Shown one piece after another: positions 1-10,752 of a stretch of DNA of 64,000 bases. The notes under the pieces were generated by a model. It had not been told where the DNA came from, made no database searches, and was given only the letters and a program-made list of their open reading frames with translations. How positions within the stretch are numbered: the stretch's first letter is position 1; each line of letters begins with the position of its first letter. The stretch is from Bdellovibrionales bacterium (lineage in GTDB: Bacteria > Bdellovibrionota > Bdellovibrionia > Bdellovibrionales > UBA1609). A program made the position numbers and the translations under genes. The stretch is from positions 1 through 64,000 of the forward strand of contig CBDHDF010000011.1 in NCBI GenBank assembly GCA_965261545.1, read 5' to 3'.

Positions 1-1746
1 AACGTCTTGAATAAACAAAAACAAGAAGAGATATTAACATTAATTATAGCAGGTCACTCATTTCGTAAAATAGCGAAAAGGCTACATGTAGGTCGATCTA
101 CGGTTTCAGAGTATGCGAAAGCCCATAGGGTCATTGCCAAAAAGGGGCGTACAGGAGGTATAGAGCCAAAATCTCCAGCCTTTTCGGTGTGCTCAGAAGC
201 AGAGTCATGTTCATCTTCATGTTCTCCTGAAATTTGCTCTGCGGAGCCTCCAAGCCTTCCTGTGGCCCAGTTCGAAAAGCCCAAGGAAGTTTCGGTCTCC
301 TCCACAGAATTCAATCAGCAGGTTCTTCTAGGGGAAGCCACACCCCCCTTAGAAACGCCTCCATCTTCCCCTATAGGATCAGGCTCAGCATGTCTTGTCG
401 TGTCTGATGGGGCTTCCATGCACTCCTCCGCCTGCCTCACGCGCCCATCCACAACCATGGTGGAACCGATGGCTGCTCCCACAGAAACTGGATCCACGGA
501 CTGTATAGAACCACCTGGATTGAAAAAATCTCTTAAAGATAAAACCTCTCAACGCCCCTTATGTCATCAGTCGGCTTGTGAGCCCCACAGGGCTTGGATT
601 GAAAATCAGGCTTTGAACTTAGAGCGCAATCGAATGGCCATCTACCAAGATTTAGTGGAGAAATTTGGTTTTTCTCACTCCTACGACAGCGTGAAAAAAT
701 TTGTAAGGAAGCTGAAGAAGAGTACTCCCAAACGCTATGATCGCTTGGATTTTCCCCCCGGAGAGGAAGCCCAAGTGGATTATGGCCAAGGGGCTCTGAC
801 TGTTCACCCCCGGACAGGCAAATATAGGCGGCCTCGCCTTTTTGTGATGACCCTCAAGTACTCTCGTGCCTCTTTTCGCAAGGTTGTTTGGAAGTCCAGC
901 CAAGAGACGTGGAGCAGACTCCATGAGGAGGCTTTTCATTATTTTTTGGGCTGCCCTCAATATGTCGTCTTAGACAATCTCAAGGAAGGTGTTATTAAGC
1001 CAGATATCTATGAGCCAACGCTGAACGCCGTTTATGGCGCTGTACTGACTCACTACGGGGTCGTTGCTGACCCGGCAAGAGTTCGTGATCCTGATAGGAA
1101 AGGAACCGTTGAGCACGCCATTCACCACACCCAAGACACAGCACTGAAGGGTCGTTCATTTAAAACCATTGAGGAGCAAAATGAGTGGCTCATGCACTGG
1201 GAGCACACTTGGGCTCGCCCTCGGGTCCATGGTCGCACCAAGCGAGTCGTTTCTGAGATGTTTGAAGAAGAGAGCCCCTTTCTCAAAAAGCTCCCCCAAA
1301 AGAAATTTGATTTTTTTAAACAAGAGATACGAACAGTTGCAGACGATGGGCTCATTCAAGTGGGAAACAGTTACTATTGCGCCTACCCTTCTGATCTAAA
1401 GAGCCAAGTCATTGTGCGTATTTATGATAAAGACATAGAGATTATGGACCCCTGCTACGATGAGTGTTATCCGCCGCCACCAAAAAGCCACTCTCCCGGG
1501 GAGTCTCTCTTTGCTAGACAAAGATCGTGTTTATAATCCATCTCGCCATGTAGAAAATATTTTAGCTGATGCGGGTCAGATTGGCCCTCAAACAAAAGCT
1601 TTTTGTCAGTCATTACTCAGGGTGGATGAGAGAGTTGGAAACAGGCAGATGCGTGGGGTGGTGTCCTTGGCTAAAAAATATCACTCTGATCTTATTGAAA
1701 AAGCAGCCATTCAGGCTGTGAGCAGAGGGGTCTTATCTCTTAGGGT

Positions 1747-3164
1747 CAATGCCGTTTCCTTAAGCCACCACACCCCTCTGCCTCTGCGTTAAGCTATTTC
1801 TTTTAAAAGAACTCCCAGCGCTTTTGATAGACCTTTCATAGCTTCTTTTGAAGTGCCTCCTCTTCTCCATTGAAATCTTCATCAGCAACTTTATCTGCTT
1901 CCTAAATTTCTGATAGAGCCCCGCAACAAAAAGAGGGATGCTATCCATTATGAAATCAAGAATCAGTTTAAAGTTAGGTTTTTTGTAGTCATTTTTTACC
2001 AACTGATTCACACTGTCTTCATCCTCATTTATGCTCATTTGAATCTTTGTATAATTGAAGAGCCAAAAATAAGAATACAGCTCTTGCAATATTCCATTAA
2101 GGCTTGTTGAGTGCCACTGCTCCATTTTCATTGTCGATGTAAAATCACGAAATGTCGTTTCTATTTCCCAACGACGAGAGTAAAGAGCAACCATATCCTT
2201 CTTGTCCAAGGAGCCATGCGGAAGATTAGTGGCCAAAACAGAGAACTCCCCAGTCTTTGGGTTTTTATACTTATAGAGATGAATGACCACCCCCTCAATA
2301 ACCATTTGTGAATACCAACCTGGGCCATTAAATAAATTTACGATGGGGATAAAAGTAGAGCCTCGCTTACAACGCGCAATAAAGAAGTTACTGGCTTGAG
2401 CATGGGCCTTAATAATCTCTGTAGATAAATAAAGCCTATCGTAGAGAGTTATGCTATTACTCTCAAAAACTACCTATCATTTGAATAGCATTGGCGATTT
2501 CGTTGAGAGCGGGAGAAAAGCAAAGATTCTTTGTCACACCCGATAAAACGTCATAAGCATGAGATAGATACATACGTAAGAAATGAGTTTCCATCTCATT
2601 TGGGCAAGGGTACCCACAATAACCCTCCTTTAAAAGATCTTTAGAGCGAGGAAGTGCTAATTGGTCGCCATCTATGGCATAGATATAAAAACCATGAAAC
2701 GTTTTTCTCAATGGTTCGTAGTCTGTAATCAGAGATTCAAAGATATCTTTGAAAAATAGGTAAGAAATACTTTGACGTATCTTGCTGAGACTGCTTTTGA
2801 CTGGCATGAGAAGCAGGTCACCAAAATGAGTCCATACCGTCTTAAGAGCGATTTGGTAGCCTTCGTAATTTGTTCCGGAAATAAGATAGATAATGGTAAA
2901 AAAGAAAATTTGAGGATTAAATTTTCGATTCCTTTTTTGTTTTTCTGGATCGACAAGGTGCTCTGGCTTGAAGGAAGAATCAAGTTTTGGTAGAATAAAA
3001 TGGTCATCTGTGACGCGAACTCGTCATTTGGGGGCTTTCGAGATCAATATTGGATTGCATGTGACTTACTCCTTGGTTGAGGGTTGGGTGTAAAATAAAA
3101 CAAGTCTTATTCTTGTCGATTTATCTAATGATTTCAAGAGATTTTTCTTAAGGAAACGGCATTG
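1747..3164 (-). mobile_element. IS4-family element, copy 1
   Basis: Perfect 18-bp TIR CAATGCCGTTTCCTTAAG. 10-bp TSD CTCTTAGGGT at 1737-1746 and 3165-3174. Confidence 0.95.
1760..3060 (-). pseudogene. IS4-family transposase, frameshifted
   Basis: Motifs YAIDGD and YSRRWEIETTFR (YREK-type) are split over ORFs 2463..2807 and 1760..2305. One extra base in the A5 run at 2465-2469 relative to copy 2. Confidence 0.88.
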
Positions 3165-3922
3165 CTCTTAGGGTCTTTAAAAGGCTTGTTGAGGAACTAC
3201 AGCCCCCTGTGGATGAGAAAAAGATGGAATCCCACCTCACCCAAGACCACGACATCATTCGAGCACCATCCGAGTATGCCATCTACTGGGATTTACATGC
3301 CAACAACGAAATCTACCACTCACCCTTACACCCTCAGCCTAGCACCAACCTTACTTAATCCACCCCCCCAACCCCTCTTCTAGAGGAAAGGAGCAATCAC
3401 AATGCCAATGTCACCTACAGAAATACAAGAGACTCTCAAAAGCCTTAAGCTTATAGGCATGTTTGAAACATTTGAGGCTCGAAGTTACCAACACACACAG
3501 AACCAACAAAACTTCCAAGAGACCTTCTCATTGCTCTTACAGGATGAAAAGGATTTCAAGAAAAGCAAAAAATGTGAGAGACTCCTCAAAGCATCCAAGC
3601 TCACGGAAAAGTCCACCCTCACCGGCTTTGATTGGAATTTTAACCCAAAAATACCCAAGCCAATGATCTTGGAATTAATGAACTTGAAGTTCATCAAGCA
3701 GGGGGAGGGAGCCTTGCTTATTGGCTCCCCTGGAACTGGAAAAAGCCACATTGCAAAAGCTATAGCCACCAAGGTCTGTTCCATATCAAATTACAAGGTT
3801 TTGTATCAAGAAGCTCACAAGCTCTTTGAAAATCTCTTTGAGGCCAGGCAGCTGGGGCGCAGAAAGAGGTTCTACACCCAACTCATCCATGTGGACCTGT
3901 TGATCATTGATGATCTTTTTCT

Positions 3923-5636
3923 GTAACTATTCAGGGGGTGCTGCATTAATTCGAACAATTTTTTTAAAAAAAGTATAAAAATTCTTGACAAGTTTTTGAA
4001 GCAAACGACCTCTTTCATTTGTTCTTTATCGAATATGTTCCTGCATATGGCTTAAACTCTCTGAGAGCCATAGTATTGAAAGATTGTGAAACATAGGTCG
4101 CGGGGGGCACTTCTCATTCCTTTTGCTTCTTAGAACGAATCCTAGTGCATTTTTTTTAATGAAAAAAAGGCATGTTAATATTTTCATAAGGTAAGTATGA
4201 AAATAGAAAATATTGACGTGTCTTCAGCCATAAATAAAATCAGGAAGCTTCTTAAGAAAGAGAAGTCCCTTTCTCCCGCTTTTATTGTGGCCATTGAGTT
4301 GTTGATCAAAATCATCACTATTCTAGTAAATCAAAAAAAATTAAATAGTCAAAACAGTAGTATTGCCCCTTCTCAAGATCCGAATGGCCCTAAAAAGAAA
4401 CCTAAGGAAGAAACTGGTAAGAAGCCAGGAGGACAACCCGGACACGAAGGAGCTACTTTAAAACCCGTGGATACTCCAGACAAGGTGGAGTTCATTTCTA
4501 TTAATAAAGAGGAACTTCCTCCAGGTGATTACATTTCTTCTGGAGTTGAAAAGCGTCAAGTATTTGAGGTAGACCTTTCTGTGCATGTCACGGAGTATCA
4601 AGGAGAAATCCTCGAAGACCAAGATGGGAATCAGTGGGTTGCAGGTTTTCCAGAAGGAATCAATAACCCAACTCAATATGGCCCTTCTGTGAAAGCTCAC
4701 TCAGTTTATATGTCCCAGTTTCAGTTAATCCCTCATCTTCGAGTCGCAAGTTACTTTAATCAATGGGGTCTATCGCTTGCTGGATCTACGGTACACAATT
4801 TTAACAAATCTGCCTTTGAGGCTCTGGAAGCTTTTGAGGAGTGGGCAAAGGAAACTCTTCTGAACTCACCTTTGATTCATGCTGACGAAACTGGAGTGAA
4901 TGTTAATGGGAAGAGGCTGTGGTTTCACCTCTTGTCCAATGATACTGTGGTTCTCTATCAGGTGGACGAAAAAAGAGGCGCAGAGGCTATGGATCGCATG
5001 GGAATTCTTCCAAAATACACAGGGATTGTTTGTCATGACCATTGGAAACCTTATTATACATATACTTCCTGCATTCATGCCCTTTGCAATGCGCACCATT
5101 TAAGGGAGCTTCAAAGAGCTTGGGAGCAAGATGATCAAAAATGGGCAAAAGAAATGAAGTCTCTTTTAGAGACAATAAACAAAGAGGTGCACGATACGCA
5201 GAACCAATGCCTTTCACAAGACCGAATTGAATATTACAAAGAGAAATATCGAAATATTCTCTTCGAAGGGGAAAAGGAATCTCCATTAATGGAGAGGACA
5301 GAGAAAAAAAAGAAGGGAAAGGTTAAACAATCCAAATCTAGAAATTTACTAGATCGACTGAGAAACTTTGAAGATGATACCTTGCTCTTTATGAAGGACC
5401 CCATAGTTCCATTTACGAATAATATAGCAGAAAATGATCTGAGAATGACCAAAGTTCAGCAGAAAATATCTGGGTGCTTTCGTTCGTTGATGGGAGCCAA
5501 GACATTTGTAGAAACCGAAGCTTTCTCCTGACTTGCCAGAAAAATGGCATAGAACCTAAAGATGCTCTAAATATGCTATTTCAAGGAAAACTTCCCTCAT
5601 TTATGACTCGAATTCGCCCACCCCCTGAATAGTTAC
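3923..5636 (+). mobile_element. IS66-family element (single-ORF type), copy 1
   Basis: TIR GTAACTATTCAGGGGGTG at both ends. 8-bp TSD CTTTTTCT at 3915-3922 and 5637-5644. Confidence 0.95.
4197..5632 (+). pseudogene. IS66 transposase with a 1-bp deletion near the C-terminus
   Basis: Motifs LNSQNSSIAPS, PGGQPGH, IHADETG, LCNAHHLREL, FTNNIAENDLR. TTT at 5505-5507 versus TTTT in copy 2 shifts the frame; the corrected frame ends at TAG inside the right TIR. Could be an assembly error. Confidence 0.85.
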
Positions 5637-5981
5637 CTTTTTCTTAGAAAGCGCATTCCGCCAGAGGCTTGCGATGACTTCCAGGAAATCATTCTGGATC
5701 GATACTCAGCGAGAAAAAGCACTCTTATTACCTCCAATCGCATTATTGAGGACTGGGGAAAGTGTTTGGGCGATAATACCGTGGCCTCTGCCATCCTGGA
5801 TCGCCTTCTCCACTGCAGCCAACTATTAAAATTTGAGGGAAAAAGCTACCGATTGAAGGAAGCTTCAAACCGACTTGTCAAGATAAAAAATTAAAGGTAG
5901 GGTGAGCCCATCTTGTCAGATCGCCCTAAATGGCCTGGTTTGCCCGCCCACAAATGGCCTGGTTTAACCCGCCCATCGGGG

Positions 5982-6218
5982 TTTGTCTCGAACTGAGTCC
6001 AAGCTCTATGTATTTCTTAATATTGTTGATCATTCTTGCTCCTTTTTTCTTACCTTGTTTGCCCATAGACACCTCCTCGTTAATGCGTAGCGCAGAAAGA
6101 ATATCTATGAAGATCTAAGTGGGTCAATGTTTGGTGAAATTCAGTGGGTCAAACTTCGTGAAATCGGGTGGGTCAAACTAGGTGAAATTGGGTGGGTCAA
6201 ACTAGGTGAAATTTTGCA
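5982..6218 (-). mobile_element. Left-end fragment of a third IS21-family element (C)
   Basis: TG terminus at 6218 and four ~24-bp repeats GTGGGTCAAACTAGGTGAAAT (6119-6215). RBS GAGGAGGT and ATG 6066 give MGKQGKKKGARMINNIKKYIELGLSSRQT, an IstA-like N-terminus cut by element A. Confidence 0.7.
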
Positions 6219-6653
6219 TCGGAGAACATGGATAAGAATTCTACCTCATAGAGAGGTTCCCACGCCTCCTAAAACCTACATAAAAAATAAATGAAGAATA
6301 AAATATCAAAAATTATTTCTCTGAAAAAACACGTCAAGTATTTTTTGAAGTTGATGCGCAACGTAATGTTATTTCCCTGAAGGAGGTTTGAAATCACCAC
6401 GGTGGAAACACAGGTTGATCCAACTCTTCCTCTCATATCAAGTAACCAGTTGATAGCCACATAAGTCACTGAAAGGGAGGGGCTGTGAAAGGTTCGTCAA
6501 GAGAGGGGGGGGAACTTATTTTATTTTTCCGTTTTATGTAAGTAACTGAATTTACACGGATTATGTTTGATGGACTCCATTTTAAAGCATAAAATCTAAA
6601 GGGAAGGCATGTAAATACTTAAAACTACTTAACTTTCTTCCCTGGACAGGAAC
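6219..6653 (-). mobile_element. Partial ISNCY copy (left end only)
   Basis: Direct repeat of 8370-8806, differing in a G run (G8 versus G10). Truncated by IS21 element C. Confidence 0.9.
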
Positions 6654-6695
6654 TAACTAGTTTCTGTCCAGAAAGGCCCATTTTTTGTTCTCTGA

Positions 6696-6735
6696 CACTC
6701 CCCATTGAGCCTCCCAATGCCTCAATGGGGGAGTG
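6696..6735. other. Strong hairpin in the ISNCY 3' region
   Basis: CACTCCCCATTGAG...CTCAATGGGGGAGTG inverted repeat with one bulge. Confidence 0.6.
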
Positions 6736-6893
6736 AGAGTTGGAGATTTGCCACACAAACTCTACAGATTAAGGGGAAAAAGGTCTTTAAGCGACTTGCG
6801 CCCTAGTTTTTTCGATTTGAAGACGCACCCCTACCTTTGGAAGATTTTAGCACCTTCGACCTGGTCCATTGCTGTTATTCCTAATGGATAAAT

Positions 6894-8258
6894 TTAGGTG
6901 ACAGTTGATAATTCATGTCTTGCCAAGACAACAAAATTATAGGCACAAACGGCATTCTTTACATACCTCTTAAAACCATCATGCCCTTTCCAGTAAGCAA
7001 CTCTCATACCAAAACATCTCTTAAGGAATGAAATAACAGCCTCTATTCCGGCTCTCCAATTGAGAAGATTTTTAAAGACCCAAGCACTTTTAACCATCTT
7101 TAATATTTTCATTCCTTTTTTTTCTGGGAAGCAAACATCTTTAGCCCCCATCTCTTTGGCCTCTTCAAGATTTTCTTTTGAAGCAAACCCACCATCTGCA
7201 CTTACTTTTACAGGGCAAGCCCCATAGGTTTGTGTCACTGAATTCATAACTTTTAAAAACATATCAGAGTCTGCGGGGTTGCCATCAGGGATCTGACAAT
7301 CTAAAATCATGTTGCTTTGCCCTGAGGTCAGAAAGATTTTATGCCCAAACTCGACTTCTCTTTGCCCCTTTACAATAATGTCTGTATGCGGTTCAAAGAT
7401 GGATAGGACCTTTTTTTCAGAAGATACTTTTTTCCCCTCAATAACTCTTTTTTGAGTTTGAAAGATGATTTTTTCCAGGTAGAAGGCAACATTTTCTAAC
7501 TGTTTTAGACTCTTTTTCAAAGCATTCATCTTCACACATTTTTGTTCTTTTTTTATCTTTCTGATGGTATCAGGTAATCCTTTGTTCAATTTGGTAGCGA
7601 TTTTTAAAAGCTCCTTATAGCAAGGTAGTCTTTCCGCATCATTTTTGGAATTATTAATTTTGTAAAGCAAGGTTTTTGCTCTCTTAAGATCTTCTCTTGA
7701 AATAAGTCGCCAAAAATCTTTCATGACATTTTTACGAACTTTTTTAAATTCTCTTTCTGTAACTCTTATGCAGTCATATAAAAGCGATGCATCCGTTGGA
7801 TGATGAATATTTGATTTCGTCACTGTACTGTCCAATCTCATTTTCTTACACGGCTCAATCTTTTGATCTCTTGCATCTGAAACTAAAGAGGCGCTAATAA
7901 TTCCCCAAGTTTCTTCACTTATTTGAACAATCAAGTCCTGTAAGGTGGAGTGAGCGTAATTTTCTTCCAATTCAAGGCCCAGAAAAGCTCTGGTGGATAC
8001 TGAATCGACAAGATTAAAGGCTAACGCACGATAGGAAAGACCTCTTATGGATTTAAGAATAGCCACCTTGAGAACTTGCTCCGATGTCATACCAATATCA
8101 CCAGAATCTTTCTTTTCTTTAACAAGGTCTTCATGAACCATATGGGCAAACTCTGGATGGCGATCAATGATGTTATTAATTTGCTGCAATTCTGTACTGA
8201 GTTGGTGGTTAGGATATTGGGAAAAGAGTCCCAACTGTGTCTTCTTCAAATGGCGCAT
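6894..8258 (-). CDS. ISNCY/IS5-like DDE transposase
   Basis: Motifs MRLDSTV, IHHPTDASLL, VEFGHK, VSADGGF, WRAGIEAVISFLKR. Intact 454 aa. Confidence 0.9.
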   Translation of the reverse strand: MRHLKKTQLGLFSQYPNHQLSTELQQINNIIDRHPEFAHMVHEDLVKEKKDSGDIGMTSEQVLKVAILKSIRGLSYRALAFNLVDSVSTRAFLGLELEENYAHSTLQDLIVQISEETWGIISASLVSDARDQKIEPCKKMRLDSTVTKSNIHHPTDASLLYDCIRVTEREFKKVRKNVMKDFWRLISREDLKRAKTLLYKINNSKNDAERLPCYKELLKIATKLNKGLPDTIRKIKKEQKCVKMNALKKSLKQLENVAFYLEKIIFQTQKRVIEGKKVSSEKKVLSIFEPHTDIIVKGQREVEFGHKIFLTSGQSNMILDCQIPDGNPADSDMFLKVMNSVTQTYGACPVKVSADGGFASKENLEEAKEMGAKDVCFPEKKGMKILKMVKSAWVFKNLLNWRAGIEAVISFLKRCFGMRVAYWKGHDGFKRYVKNAVCAYNFVVLARHELSTVT

Positions 8259-8777
8259 AGTCCCCCCTTTGGTGAAAGTTTCTCTTTAATTTTTATATTA
8301 ACATACGTTTTTTTGAGGGAAAAAAGTGAGCAAGGATGTCTTTTAAGAAGAAAAAAATCAGAGAGGTTCTCGGAGAACATGGATAAGAATTCTACCTCAT
8401 AGAGAGGTTCCCACGCCTCCTAAAACCTACATAAAAAATAAATGAAGAATAAAATATCAAAAATTATTTCTCTGAAAAAACACGTCAAGTATTTTTTGAA
8501 GTTGATGCGCAACGTAATGTTATTTCCCTGAAGGAGGTTTGAAATCACCACGGTGGAAACACAGGTTGATCCAACTCTTCCTCTCATATCAAGTAACCAG
8601 TTGATAGCCACATAAGTCACTGAAAGGGAGGGGCTGTGAAAGGTTCGTCAAGAGAGGGGGGGGGGAACTTATTTTATTTTTCCGTTTTATGTAAGTAACT
8701 GAATTTACACGGATTATGTTTGATGGACTCCATTTTAAAGCATAAAATCTAAAGGGAAGGCATGTAAATACTTAAAA

Positions 8778-10184
8778 CTACTTAACTTTCTTCCCTGGAC
8801 AGGAACTATTTAGAGCATCTTTAGGTTCTATGCCATTTTTCTGGCAAGTCAGGAGAAAGCTTCGGTTTCTACAAAATGTCTTGGCTCCCATCAACGAACG
8901 AAAGCACCCAGATATTTTCTGCTGAACTTTGGTCATTCTCAGATCATTTTCTGCTATATTATTCGTAAATGGAACTATGGGGTCCTTCATAAAGAGCAAG
9001 GTATCATCTTCAAAGTTTCTCAGTCGATCTAGTAAATTTCTAGATTTGGATTGTTTAACCTTTCCCTTCTTTTTTTTCTCTGTCCTCTCCATTAATGGAG
9101 ATTCCTTTTCCCCTTCGAAGAGAATATTTCGATATTTCTCTTTGTAATATTCAATTCGGTCTTGTGAAAGGCATTGGTTCTGCGTATCGTGCACCTCTTT
9201 GTTTATTGTCTCTAAAAGAGACTTCATTTCTTTTGCCCATTTTTGATCATCTTGCTCCCAAGCTCTTTGAAGCTCCCTTAAATGGTGCGCATTGCAAAGG
9301 GCATGAATGCAGGAAGTATATGTATAATAAGGTTTCCAATGGTCATGACAAACAATCCCTGTGTATTTTGGAAGAATTCCCATGCGATCCATAGCCTCTG
9401 CGCCTCTTTTTTCGTCCACCTGATAGAGAACCACAGTATCATTGGACAAGAGGTGAAACCACAGCCTCTTCCCATTAACATTCACTCCAGTTTCGTCAGC
9501 ATGAATCAAAGGTGAGTTCAGAAGAGTTTCCTTTGCCCACTCCTCAAAAGCTTCCAGAGCCTCAAAGGCAGATTTGTTAAAATTGTGTACCGTAGATCCA
9601 GCAAGCGATAGACCCCATTGATTAAAGTAACTTGCGACTCGAAGATGAGGGATTAACTGAAACTGGGACATATAAACTGAGTGAGCTTTCACAGAAGGGC
9701 CATATTGAGTTGGGTTATTGATTCCTTCTGGAAAACCTGCAACCCACTGATTCCCATCTTGGTCTTCGAGGATTTCTCCTTGATACTCCGTGACATGCAC
9801 AGAAAGGTCTACCTCAAATACTTGACGCTTTTCAACTCCAGAAGAAATGTAATCACCTGGAGGAAGTTCCTCTTTATTAATAGAAATGAACTCCACCTTG
9901 TCTGGAGTATCCACGGGTTTTAAAGTAGCTCCTTCGTGTCCGGGTTGTCCTCCTGGCTTCTTACCAGTTTCTTCCTTAGGTTTCTTTTTAGGGCCATTCG
10001 GATCTTGAGAAGGGGCAATACTACTGTTTTGACTATTTAATTTTTTTTGATTTACTAGAATAGTGATGATTTTGATCAACAACTCAATGGCCACAATAAA
10101 AGCGGGAGAAAGGGACTTCTCTTTCTTAAGAAGCTTCCTGATTTTATTTATGGCTGAAGACACGTCAATATTTTCTATTTTCAT
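8778..10184 (-). CDS. IS66 transposase, last ~20 aa replaced by ISNCY-derived sequence
   Basis: Same protein as copy 1 without the frameshift. Ends DALN|SSCPGKKVK. Confidence 0.88.
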   Translation of the reverse strand: MKIENIDVSSAINKIRKLLKKEKSLSPAFIVAIELLIKIITILVNQKKLNSQNSSIAPSQDPNGPKKKPKEETGKKPGGQPGHEGATLKPVDTPDKVEFISINKEELPPGDYISSGVEKRQVFEVDLSVHVTEYQGEILEDQDGNQWVAGFPEGINNPTQYGPSVKAHSVYMSQFQLIPHLRVASYFNQWGLSLAGSTVHNFNKSAFEALEAFEEWAKETLLNSPLIHADETGVNVNGKRLWFHLLSNDTVVLYQVDEKRGAEAMDRMGILPKYTGIVCHDHWKPYYTYTSCIHALCNAHHLRELQRAWEQDDQKWAKEMKSLLETINKEVHDTQNQCLSQDRIEYYKEKYRNILFEGEKESPLMERTEKKKKGKVKQSKSRNLLDRLRNFEDDTLLFMKDPIVPFTNNIAENDLRMTKVQQKISGCFRSLMGAKTFCRNRSFLLTCQKNGIEPKDALNSSCPGKKVK

Positions 10185-10458
10185 ACTTACCTTATGAAAA
10201 TATTAACATGCCTTTTTTTCATTAAAAAAAATGCACTAGGATTCGTTCTAAGAAGCAAAAGGAATGAGAAGTGCCCCCCGCGACCTATGTTTCACAATCT
10301 TTCAATACTATGGCTCTCAGAGAGTTTAAGCCATATGCAGGAACATATTCGATAAAGAACAAATGAAAGAGGTCGTTTGCTTCAAAAACTTGTCAAGAAT
10401 TTTTATACTTTTTTTAAAAAAATTGTTCGAATTAATGCGGCACCCCCTGAATAGTTAC
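8807..10458 (-). mobile_element. IS66 element, copy 2, 3' end cut by ISNCY
   Basis: Near-identical inverted copy of 3923-5573. Left TIR at 10441-10458; right ~63 bp missing here. Confidence 0.93.
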
Positions 10459-10737
10459 GAAAATGTTTTTAAAGGGGCCACTCTCGCAAATCCAGATACA
10501 AGTGGATGGACCTTTGCAAAAGTGACATCTTTTGATCTTATATTTCTGTCATCTGGTCTCTCCACTGAGAATTATTCAAAATTTTTAATAAGATTCAGCA
10601 CAAGTGTGCCCCCCAATTACAGTCTTACAAAAAGTATTGATGTTGGAACCTTAGTAAAGTATCAGCCCAGTGCGTCAGAGGCTCGAAAAATCTTAACAGA
10701 AAGAGGGTGGGTTTTCCACGACGGGGGTCTAGAGTGA
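10459..10737 (+). pseudogene. C-terminal remnant of a DUF285/BspA-like surface protein
   Basis: DTSGW..AKVT repeat remnant plus the typical cap GLSTENY...KY...A.EAR..L..RGW.F.DGG. 5' part replaced by IS66. Recognised from memory. Confidence 0.65.
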
Positions 10738-10752
10738 AATTTATATAAACCT

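Larger units (their letters stand above)
1..3358 (+). pseudogene. istA: IS21 transposase IstA, frameshifted and interrupted by IS4
   Basis: N-terminal HTH and DDE motifs (EAQVDYG, VVLDNLK, KGTVE). Frame changes at CCCC 1449-1452 into ORF 1460..1792. After IS4 removal it continues VFKRL...LTQDHDIIRAPSEY to TAA at 3356-3358. The frame is open from position 1. Confidence 0.9.
3402..5894 (+). pseudogene. istB: IS21 helper ATPase IstB interrupted by IS66
   Basis: Walker A GSPGTGKS and Walker B LLIIDD. After the insert it resumes RKRIPPE...TLITSN...SAILDRLLH...GKSYR to TAA at 5892-5894. Confidence 0.92.
1..5981 (+). mobile_element. IS21-family element A (left end outside window), interrupted by IS4 and IS66
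   Basis: istA and istB remnants rejoin in frame once the inserts are removed. Terminal repeats AAATGGCCTGGTTT lie at 5928-5941 and 5952-5965. The right boundary is approximate (~5981). Confidence 0.88.
6660..8806 (-). mobile_element. ISNCY-type (IS5-related DDE) element, complete copy
   Basis: TIRs GTTTCTGTCCAG / GTTCCTGTCCAG. Flanked by TAACTA and TATTTA. Single transposase ORF. Confidence 0.85.

Noticed and set aside
6119..6215. Four ~24-bp repeats as a CRISPR array or iterons
   Set aside because: The units are contiguous with no spacers, no cas or rep gene is present, and they end in an IS21-type CA terminus beside an istA start.
6269..6469. 66-aa ORF duplicated at 8420..8620
   Set aside because: The identity comes from the IS duplication; no recognisable motif.
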